Assembly (NCBI RefSeq): GCF_006345805.1
Contig: NC_043000.1
Span: forward strand, 149,110,001-149,174,000
Source: Octopus sinensis
Taxonomy: Eukaryota
Direction of reading: 5' to 3'
Length of the DNA stretch: 64,000 nucleotides
The translations under genes were made by a program, and so were the position numbers. Each line of letters opens with the position of its first letter. Position 1 is the first letter of the stretch. Under the pieces are notes generated by a model. The model was not told the origin of the DNA. It was given only the letters and a program-made list of their open reading frames with translations, and did no database searches. Positions 49,392-60,293 of this stretch are shown here, piece after piece.

Positions 49392-49868
49392 TTGGTAACT
49401 GTTTGGGATTTAAACTGGCCATACCTAGCTAAAATATTTTTTCCATGTTCTAGATTCATACCAGCCAGGTCAGGCTTGTCATGCCTACCTTACAATGTTA
49501 TTCTAAGAATAAGCTGTCACATTATCAAAATTTTGAAGCTATAAAATGATGCTTGATTAATTCGAAATAATGTGAATAAATGAACATTGCATTTGATAGA
49601 TTAATCTGAGTGCTAAAGGATTAGGACTTTTCTACTTCCGAATTTAACTTTTTTAATGCAGTCTTGGCTAAGTTATTAAAAAGACGAGAATGTTGGAGAA
49701 ATAATCCTGATAAACATGGCTAAGCTTACAGAATGGGAGTTAGAAATCGAAAGCATTATAATATGTTCTCCCCTGAAGGGAGAACCTTATTTTATCGCTG
49801 ATAACATTCCGAGTTGATTTGGTTCATCTTCTCAAAAGTGTTCTGCCCAAAGTCATAACCAATCCTAT

Positions 49869-51133
49869 GACTGGCACCCGGCAGATGCCAGGACTCCTGG
49901 ACTGGTGGTACGTAAAAAGCACTATCCGAATCTTGGCCGATGCTAGCGCTGCCTCGACTGGCTTCTGTGCCAGTGGCACGTAAAAAGCACCATCCGAATC
50001 GTGGCCGAAGCCAGTGCCGCCTCGATTGGCTTCCGTGCAGATGGCACGTAAAATGCACAAATCCGACCGTGGCCGTTGCCAGCCTCGCCTGGCACCTGTG
50101 GAGGTGGCACGTAAAAAGCACCCACTACACTCACGGAGTGGTTGGCGTTAGGAAAGGCATCCAGCTGTAGAAACATTGCCAGATAAGACTGGAGCCTGGT
50201 GCAGCCTTCTGGCTTCCCAGATCCCCGGTCGAACCGTCCAACCCATGCTAGCATGGAGAACGGACGCTAAACGATGATGATGATGATGATGATGATAAAG
50301 AGAGAAGAGAGACCTGTTAATACATGCTATGACAGAACACACTGACAAGCTCTTAATTTGGTTGACACATAATAGGTGGAGTTTGTCTAAAGTGTTCTAA
50401 ATTGACATTATAAATTAAGAATTAAGAGTTGCAAATCTGCATTATACTTGTGCTATGCCGTGCTCTTATATTTATACCATTTTGAACTTGGTACAGAAGA
50501 AAGATTAGAATAGTAGGAGTGGTGGTGTATGAAACTAACGCCTCTCATTGAATATATATATATATCTATGTATGTACATATGTATGTACTTATGTACGTA
50601 TATATACTATTTTACTTGTTTCAGTCATTTGACTGTGGCCATGCTGGAGCACCGCCTTTAGTCGAGCAAATCGACTGCAGGACTTATTATTTGTAAGCCT
50701 AGTATTTATTCTGTTGGTCTCTTTTGCTGAACCACTAAGTTATGGGGGACATAAACACACCAGCATTGGTTGTCAAGCGATGTTCGGTGGGATGCCAGCG
50801 CTGCCTCGACTGGCTTCTGTACCGGTGGCACATAAAAAGCACCATCCAAACGTGGCCAATGCCAGCGCTGCCTTGACTGGCTTACGTGCCGGTGGCACGT
50901 TAAATGCACGAACCGATCGTGACCGATGCCAGACTCCCCTGGCACCTGTGCCGGTGGCACGTAAAAAGCACCCACTACACTCGCGGAGTGGTTGGCGTTA
51001 GGAAGGGCATCCAGCTGTAGAAACACTGCCAGATCAGACTGGAGCCTGGTGCAGCCCCTGGCTTCCCAGACCCCGGTCGAACCGTTCAACCCGTGCTAGC
51101 GCGGAAAACGGACGTTAAACGATGATGATGATG
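49869..51133 (+). mobile_element. Two RTE 3' stubs (49869-50296, 50791-51133) with a minus-strand SINE A tail between them
   Basis: Array units plus terminus plus (GAT)n in both; SINE A tail at ~50585-50785. Confidence 0.82.
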
Positions 51134-51444
51134 AATTGAGTTTCTACAGCTAGATGCCCTACTTAATGCCAACCACTCTGAGAGTGTAGTGGATGCTTTT
51201 TCGTGCCACCGGCATGAGGGCCAGTCAGGCGGTACTGGCAACGGCCAGGCTCAAGTGGTGTTTTTTACGTGCCACCTGCACAGGAGCCAGTCCTCGCTTG
51301 AATGTTTTTCATGTGCCACCAGCACAAGTGCCAGTAAGGCGATGCTGGTAACGATCACGTTTGCATAGTGCTTTTTATGTGCCACCGGCATGGAAGCCAG
51401 TCAGCTTCTCTGGCAGCGATCACGCTTGGATGGTGCTCTTAAAA

Positions 51445-51677
51445 GGCGGCAAGCTGGCAGAAACGTTAACGTGCCGGGCGAAATACGTAGCCGTATTTCG
51501 TCTGCCGTTACGTTCCGAGTTCAAATTCCGCCGAGGTCGACTTTGCCTTTCATCCTTTCGGGGTCGATTAAATAAGTACCAGTTACGCACTGGGTTCGAT
51601 GTAATCGACTTAATTCGTGTGTCTGTCCTTGTTTGTCCCCTCTATGTTTAGCCCTTGTGGGTAGTAAAGAAATAGGT
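51445..51677 (+). mobile_element. SINE family C, full length
   Basis: Near-identical to 57203-57437. Confidence 0.85.
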
Positions 51678-52112
51678 GCTCTTAGCGCTCCACAGGCACA
51701 GGTACCAGTCATTCAATTTGCAAATTTGATTTGATTTTGATTTCACTTGCCTCAACAGGTCTTTGCAAGCAGAGTTTAGTGTCCAATGAAGGGAAGGTAT
51801 GCATAAGTGGGCTGGTTACACCTCTGGCATAGGCCATGGGTTATGGTCTCATTTTGCTTGCTGGGTCTTCTCATGCACTGCATATTTCCAAAGGTGTCAG
51901 TCACTAGTCATTGCCTCAGTGAGGCCTAATGTTCCTGGGTCTACCTCTTCCACAGGTTCCCTCAACCGCTAGTGTGTGGCACTTTTTCACATAGCTATCC
52001 TCATCCAGTCTCGCCACATGACCATACCTGCGCAGTTGTCTCTCTTGCACACCACATCTGATGCTTCCTAGGTCCAACCTCTCTCTCTTTATATATATAT
52101 ATATATATATAT

Positions 52113-52998
52113 AGGCATGGCTGTGTGGTAAGAAGTTTGCTTCTTAACTGTGTAGTTCTGGGTTCAGTCCCACCATGTGACACTTGGGCAAGTGTCTTCT
52201 ACTATAGTCCTGTTGGTGGTGACTGTCATACAAGAAAGGTGTGTGTGTGTGTGTGTGTCTATGTTTGTGTTTGTCCTCCACCACCATTTCATGTCCCTGT
52301 AAACTAGCTATTTTGCAAAAACAGACCGATAAAATAGGTACCACACTAAAAAAAAAAAATTACTGAGATTAATTTGTTTGACTAAGCCCTTCAAGGCTGC
52401 AATCCAATGACTGAAACAAGTAAAAGATAAAAGATATATATATATTTATAGGCACAGGAGTGGCTATGTGGTAAGTAGTTTGCTTAACAACCACATGGTT
52501 CTGAGTTCAGTCCCACTGCACGGCACCTTGAGCAAATGTCTTCTACTGTAGCCTTGAACTGACCAAAGCCTTGCAAGTGGCTTTGGTAGAAGGAAACTGA
52601 AAGAAGCCTGTCGTCTATATATATATGTATGTAGTTTTGTGTCTGTGTTTTCCCCCCACCATTGCTTGACAACTTATGTTGGTGTGTTTACGTCCCCTGT
52701 TTCAGCAAAAGGGACCAATAAAATAAGTACTAGGCTTACAAAGAATAAGTCCCAGGGTTGATTTCTTCAACTAAAGGTGGTACTCCAGCATGGTCACAGT
52801 CACATGACTGAAACAATAAAAAAAAACAATATATAAGCGCTGACATGGCTGTGTAGCAAGAAGCTTGCTTACCAATAACATGGTTCCTGGTTCAGTTCTA
52901 CTGCATGGTACCTTAGGCAAGTGTCTTCTACTATAGTCTCGGGCAGACTGAAGCCTTGTGAGTGGATTTGGTAGATTTAAACTGAAAGAAGCCTGTTG

Positions 52999-53032
<34 letters not shown>

Positions 53033-53291
53033 ATACACACAATAGGCTTCTTCCAGTTTCCATACAGATATATACATCTATATATATATAGATGTATATA
53101 TTTGTATGTGTGTGTATTTGTGCCTCCCACCGTTGCTTGGCAACCGATGCTAGTGTGTTTATGTCCCTGTAACTTAGCAGTTTGGCAAAAGGGACCGATG
53201 CTAGTGTGTTTATGTCCCTGTAACTTAGCAGTTTGGCAAAAGGGACGGATAGAATAAGTACTACAACTGAAACAAGTAAAAGAATAGAAGA

Positions 53292-53332
<41 letters not shown>

Positions 53333-53427
53333 GAGGTTGTGTTAACCCTCATGAAGGGATGGTTTCATCCAAGGAAATACTGGTTCAGTACCTAGTATTT
53401 TTGGGGAATTAATTTCTTTAAAATTAT

Positions 53428-53466
<39 letters not shown>

Positions 53467-53633
53467 CAGGTGCAGGAGTGGCTGTGTGGTAAGTAGCTTG
53501 CTAACCAACCACATGGTTCCGGGTTCAGTCCCACTGCGTGGCATCTTGGGCAAGTGTCTTCTGCTATAGGCCCGTACCGACCAATGCCTTGTGAGTGGAT
53601 TTGGTAGACGGAAACTGAAAGAAGCCTGTCGTA

Positions 53634-53664
<31 letters not shown>

Positions 53665-53880
53665 GCGTGGGTGTGTTTGTGTGTGTGTGTGTTTGTCCCC
53701 CTAGCATTGCTTGACAACCGATGCTGGTGTGTTTATGTCCCCGTCACTTAGCGGTTCGGCAAGAGAGACCGATAGAATAAGTACTGGGCTTACAAAGAAT
53801 AAGTCCCGGGGTCGATTTGCTCGACTAAAGGCGGTGCTTCAGCATGGCCACAGTCAAATGACTGAAACAAGTAAAAGAGT
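52113..53880 (+). mobile_element. Run of four same-orientation SINE A copies (52113-52432, 52451-52825, 52838-53290, 53468-53880)
   Basis: Each has head, CORE-like motif and tail, with different levels of divergence. Confidence 0.82.
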
Positions 53881-53911
53881 ATACATATATAAAACATATA
53901 GTTTATATTCA

Positions 53912-54158
53912 TATAAAAGAAGAAAAAGAAAATGGAAATTGAGAAGTTAATAATTGTTTATTATTAACAGCAAATTAATCATCATCCCTTACAGCTGTTT
54001 CAATAAATACTCAGTAAATATTAAATCTATGTGACCATATAAATTTAATATTTACTGAGTATTTATTGAAACAGCTGTAAGGGAAGATGATTAATTTGCT
54101 GTTAATAATAAACAATTATTAACTTCCCGATCTCCATTTTCTTTTTTTTCTCTTACAT
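53912..54158. repeat. AT-rich hairpin element (MITE-like), ~115 bp arms and 16 nt loop
   Basis: Arm ending ...CTCAGTAAATATTAAAT (54026) is mirrored from 54043 (ATTTAATATTTACTGAG...), with very few mismatches in the inner ~85 bp. Confidence 0.88.
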
Positions 54159-54274
54159 AGAGATGATGGATGATGATAACTTAGGACCATTAATTAGTTT
54201 AACACCTATCATCTAGTTTTTTTTTCTCTTTAAAATATTGATAGTTAACTTTCACCTTTGTTTAGTTCTCTTTT

Positions 54275-54457
54275 TTTTTTCGTTGGATTGCCTCAAGTTC
54301 TGTGATCAACTTGACACTGGATGGTGACCATAGCTGAGAGCAATAGTCAAAGTGGCTTAGGACAAGTGTCCTCCAGAGGACCATCATGGTTTCTTGTTCT
54401 CTTGTTCTAAAGGTTCTGAGAATCCATCCGGCCAGTCGTCTACATTTCATTGCCAAT
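54275..54457 (-). mobile_element. CR1/L2-type LINE RT C-terminal fragment
   Basis: AGWILRTFRTREQETMMVLWRTLVLSHFDYCSQLWSP...LEAIQR. Confidence 0.7.
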
Positions 54458-55452
54458 AAGAAGCATTATAAGAAGCATTATAATATGTTCTCCCCTGAAG
54501 GGAGAACCTTATTTTACTGCTGATAACATTCCTAGTTGATTTGGTTCATCTTCTCAAAAGTGTTCTGCCCAAAGTCACAACAAGATACCCACTGTGGAAT
54601 TGAACTTTAAATATATGATCTAGTAGTGCACTATCATATAGTCTCAGTCAGTTTTATTATATATAGTTTTGAATAAATATATTCATAGATGCATTCATAT
54701 ATGAATACATATACACATAAAGACTTTGTAGGTTTTTATTTGTATTTCTGATTTGGTTCTTGGTTGCACATGTAGTTTCATTCAGTTGATAGTTTCTTTT
54801 ATGTTATGTTATGTATAGTATATCTTCATTCTGTTATCAGAGAGCGAATTATATTTTTCAATGATTTATGTTAAGGCTGCAATGCTGTACACTTTACATT
54901 GATAAAAAAGACTTAACTATCACATATGTACCATTTAGCAATGACCTGAGATAAGAAGGAGCAGCATGTCTACTTCCTATCACATATGTTATGTCTCTTT
55001 AGGTGAAACTTCTTTTTATTTTGTATGCAGATGTGAGCAATTGTTTTGCATTTTCAATTAGGGTTTTTGTTCTTTTCTTTGCTTTGAAACCAATCTTTCC
55101 TAATCTGGCTTCTCTCACAGACAAAGCTTTGTTAGATACATATTTGTTAATCATTCATTCTATACCTTCATGCCTTTATTATTTTTACTTGAAGCCTATT
55201 CCGCTTTACAGGAGGCTTCAGTGAAATATCAAGTTTGTGTATTATCAGAGGCATGTGTGTTCTAAATAATATAATGGGCATTGATTTAGCACTTTTTATT
55301 CAGTGTTATCCTTATATTTCTGATTTTTATGATATCAAGACAGTTTGTAGTCTGTTGTATTTGCAGTAAATTTCCTTAACTAATATATTGCAACCTATTT
55401 TGGGCTGCTTTCTCTTTCCGCTTATATGACTAAAATTTAAATAATGAAATAT

Positions 55453-55618
55453 GAGGTTGTGGCTGTGTGGTAAGTAGCTTGCTAGCCAACCACATGGTTC
55501 CGGGTTCAGTCCCACTGTGTGGCATCTTGGGCAAGTGTCTTCTGCTATAGCTCCGGGCCGACCAATGCCTTGTGAGTGGATTTGGTAGATGGAAACTGAA
55601 AGAAGCCTGTCGTATATG

Positions 55619-55655
<37 letters not shown>

Positions 55656-55870
55656 TTGTGTGTCTGTGTTTGTCCCCCTAGCATTGCTTGACAACCGATG
55701 CTGGTGTGTTTACGTCCCCGTCACTTAGCGGTTCGGCAAAAGAGACCGATAGAATAAGTACTGGGCTTACAAAAGAATAAGTCCCGGGGTCGATTTGCTC
55801 GACTAAAGGCAGTGCTCCAGCATGGCCGCAGTCAAATGACTGAAACAAGTAAAGAGAGTAAAGAGAGAGT
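55453..55870 (+). mobile_element. SINE family A
   Basis: Matches other family A copies. Confidence 0.88.
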
Positions 55871-56007
55871 TAAGAAAAGCATATATTTTGCCTATATATG
55901 CCATATACAGTTCAGGCTCTTGGTTAATAAAATTCCAACTGCTTATTTTCAATATTTTCTCTTAAAAGCCAGCACAGAATCTGTGTCAATGCTGTTATAA
56001 AAGAATA

Positions 56008-56406
56008 TCTTTATATATAAAAGTCAAGTTGTGTGTCTGTCTCCTACGATTTAGATTCCTAACTACTCCCACATTTCGCGGTGCAGTTTAACCAAAACCG
56101 GGTATCTTATAGTCGTGATTCATATCGAGCCCTTCTGGGTATTAGCGCGCGTCTACAATGAGTCTACAATTTAAAAAAAAAATTTACTATAATTTTTTTT
56201 CCATTTTAATGCATTTTTTCGCTATTATATAAGGGAAGTAACTCTCTAAAAATGTCTACGATGAGTCAACGATTTAAAAAAAAATTTACCATCATTTGTT
56301 TTCCATTTTTAATGCATTTTTTTTGCTATTTTTTGGCTATAACTCTAAAAATGCTTATATAGTTATTTCCCTTACAAACCCGAGCAACGCCGGGCGATAC
56401 TGCTAG
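56008..56406 (+). mobile_element. Non-autonomous Helitron
   Basis: A|TC start, hairpin, CTAG|T end; near-copy of 3658-4051. Confidence 0.88.
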
Positions 56407-57202
56407 TCTCATTATAAAAGAACACATTATTTGTTTAAACTTTATTCCCAGTGTTTAACTTTATTCAAAGACATCCATCTATTTTAAGAATATTAATAGT
56501 ATTTAAATTATTTATTCTCACAGTTTTCATAAGAATAACTATTAGCTAGCTACATGTTAAAAATAAAAAAAATACTGTCTGTCGTAACTGTCTGACACAG
56601 TTTTTATGATACAAGTTCTGTAGAATCTTATATTTGTATATTTAAAACATTTGTTTTCTTTTTTCCTTCTTGCTCCTTTGTTCTGTTCCTATCTTTACTC
56701 AACATGCAGCATTTTGTACATAAAAGTTTTAACAAAAAAGGAACAGTTGAATGTGATTCAGTGCATATTCGACTTAGTGGATAAAAATATGATTATTGAA
56801 TTAAAATTGGGAAAATTGGTTGTAATCTCAGTTAATGTCTGTGTAATTAACTTCCATTAAGTTTATTTTTCCACCCGTCTTTATTCTTATTTAGTGAGTT
56901 TTAACATTGTGTGTGTATGAGTGTGTCTCTGTATATACAAGTATACATGTATATATCATTGTTATACCTCTGTTTTCCATGCTGGTATAATTTGGATGGG
57001 TTGTCATGGTCGGAATTACTGTGCTCCTAGATGCTTGTATACTCTTTACTCTTTCACTTGTTTCAGTCATTTGACTGCAGCCATGCTGGAGCACCGCCTT
57101 TAATCGAGCAACTCGACCCCGGGACTTATTCTTTTGTAAGCCCAGTACTTATTCTATCAATCTGTTTTGCCGAACCGCTAAGTGACGGGGACATAAACAC
57201 AA

Positions 57203-57434
57203 GGCGGCGAGCTGGCAGAAACGTTAGCACGCTGGGCGAAATGCTTAGCGGTATTTCGTCTGCCGTTACGTTCTGAGTTCAAATTCCGCCGAGGTCAACT
57301 TTGCCTTTCATCCTTTCGGGGTCGATTAAATAAGTACCAATTTCGCACTGGGGGTCGATTTAATCGACTTAATCCGTTTGTCTGTCATTGTTTGTCCCCT
57401 CTATGTTTAGCCCCTTGTGGGTAGTAAAGAAATA
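57203..57434 (+). mobile_element. SINE family C between two copies of a ~220-240 bp direct repeat
   Basis: Repeats at 56984-57201 and 57435-57677 each comprise unique flank plus a minus-strand SINE A tail. Confidence 0.85.
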
Positions 57435-57973
57435 GGTATAATTTGGATGGGTTGTCATGGTCTAAGTTAGCTCCTATTTGGAATTACTGTGCTCCTAGAT
57501 GCTCGTATACTCTTTACTCTTTTACTCTTTTACTTGTTTCAGTCATTTGACTGCGGCCATGCTGGAGCACCGCCTTTAATCGAGCAACTTGACCCCGGGA
57601 CTTATTCTTTTGTAAGCCCAGTACTTATTCTATTGGTCTCTTTTGCCGAACCGCTAAGTTACGGGGACATAAACACACCAGCATTGGTTGTCAAGCAATG
57701 CTAGGGGACAAACACAGACACACAAACACTGGCATGGTTTCTACAGCTGGATGTCCTCCTTATCACCAACCACTTTACCAAGTAAACTGGGGTAATTTTA
57801 TTGTGGCATCAGCATTAGAGAAATTGTCATCTCCTCGACAAAACTAAAGTGTCCTCTCTGCTCCAAGATATCTCCATTTCTTCAAGGCAGACATGACTGA
57901 GAGAGTGAGTAGAAGAAAAAACATATAACTATGAATGTTATATGATGAGAAAGAACTTTTATACACACACACA

Positions 57974-58309
57974 CAGCCTCGTCTGGCACCTGTGTCCATG
58001 GCACAAAAAAAAAAACACCATCCGAGCGTGGCCGTTCGCCAGCCTCGTCTGACACCTGTGTCGGTGGCACATAAAAAACACCATCCGAGCATGGCCGTTC
58101 GCCAGCCTCGTCTGGCACCTGTGTCGGTGGCACATAAAAAGCACCCACTACACTCACGGAGTGGTTGGCGTTAGGAAGGGCATCCAGCTGTAGAAACACT
58201 GCCAGATCTGACTGGCCTGGTGCAGCCTTCGGGCTTCCCAGACCCCAGTTGAACCGTCCAACCCATGCTAGCATGGAAAACGGACGTTAAACGATGATGA
58301 TGATGATGA
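57974..58309 (+). mobile_element. RTE 3' stub with ~62 bp array units
   Basis: Near-identical to 63430-63788. Confidence 0.88.
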
Positions 58310-58699
58310 CACACACACACACATATATCCAAATTGAGGGAGTGGAGCAGATAAAATTCAGGCTACATATGTTTCCTTGCTAGTAGATCCTCTGATGTAA
58401 TAATTACACAATGAGGGATACTCAGCTAGCTACTCATCATCAGGTCGAAGATACCTAAATTATATGAAGGTCACATTGTTATTAAAGAATCCCAAGTTAA
58501 TTCGCCGAAGATCTAATTTGAAACCATGAGCTATAAAAAAAATTCTTTCAGCTTATTGACTTCAATATGGGAAAAGTCTACAATCCTTGTCAATAAATTA
58601 TTATTGTTCCTGAACAGTGATTTTTTTTTTTATATCTACCATGGCCTGCTTGAAGCTTACAAACTTCCTACACTTAGATGCTTGGATTTTATAATTACA

Positions 58700-59058
58700 C
58701 TAGCAGTATCGCCCTGCATTGCTCGGGTTTGTAAGGGAAATAACTATATAAGCATTTTTAGAGAGTTATAGCAAAAAATAGCAAAAAAATGCATTAAAAA
58801 TGGGAAAAAATGATGGTTAATTTTTTTTTAAATCGTTGACTCATCGTAGACATTTTTAGAGAGTTACTTCCCTTATATAATAGCGAAAAAATGCATTAAA
58901 ATGGAAAAAAATGATGGTAAATTTTTTTTTAAATCGTAGACTCATCGTAGACGCACGCTAATACCCAGAAGGGCTCGATATGAATCACGACTATAAGATA
59001 CCTGGTTTTGGTTAAACTGCACTGCACAGACACACAACTTCACTTTTATATATAAAGA
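58700..59058 (-). mobile_element. Non-autonomous Helitron
   Basis: Same family as 56008-56406; the subterminal hairpin is partly mutated. Confidence 0.85.
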
Positions 59059-59815
59059 TATATAAGAGGATGTGCAGAGAGTGTAATAGCTAGAATAAGA
59101 ATAGGATGGAGGAAATTCAGAGAGTTGTTACCTCTGTTGGCCATGATTGGTTTCTCTCTCCGAGTGAAAGGAAGATTGTATGAGGCATGTATATAGACAA
59201 CAATTCTATGTGGTAGTGAGACGTGGGCCCTGAATGCAGAGGACGTATGAAGGTTAGAAGGAATGAGACTAGTATGTTCTGCTGGATGTGTAATGTAAGT
59301 GTTCATGTTCAACAGAGTGTCAGTGTTTTGAGAGAGAGGACTGCACTGGTTTCGTCATGTGATGCTGATGGATGCCAACAGCTCCATAAAAAAAATTGTT
59401 AATCTCTCGAAGTCGATGGAACACGTGGAAATGGAAGACCCAGGAAGGCATGGGATAAAGTAACGAAGTATGACCTCAGGACGCTGATCCTTTCAGGCGA
59501 GATGACAAAGTACTAAGATACCTGGCACTTTGCTGTACTCAAGAAGATCCATACTTCATAAGAGAAGTGTTAAGCCTGGTCCCTCTAGTGGTGTAAAGCA
59601 CTTGTGGTGGTGCCATGTAAAAGCACTCATGCAGTGCCATGTAAAAACATCCAGCACACTCTGTAAAGTGGCCGGGTGTAAGGAAGGGCATCCAACCGTA
59701 GTAGAAACCATGCCAAATCAGACTGGAGTCTAATGCAGCTCTCCATCTTGCCAGCTCAAACCATCCAGCCCATGCCAGCAGGGACAATGGGTGTTAATGA
59801 TGGTGATGAATGATA

Positions 59816-59817
<2 letters not shown>

Positions 59818-59895
<78 letters not shown>

Positions 59896-60095
59896 ACATT
59901 TATATTATAGTAACATTTATATAATATATATATTATATAACATTTATATAATATATATTATATAACATTTATATAATATATATATATATATAATATATTT
60001 ATATATATATCATATTATATAACATTTATATAATATATATTATATAACATTTATATATATATATTATATAACATTATATAATATATATATATAAC

Positions 60096-60141
<46 letters not shown>

Positions 60142-60293
60142 CATTTATATAATATATATATAACATTTATATAATATATATATCTATATTATACAATTTA
60201 TATATATATATATATGTCTATATAACATTATATATATATATAATATATATATTTAAAAAATATATATATATATATATATATTATATAACATTT
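59818..60293. repeat. (TA)n plus TATAACATTTATATA-type minisatellite; the same motif resumes at 63789-63925
   Basis: Direct reading. Confidence 0.9.
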
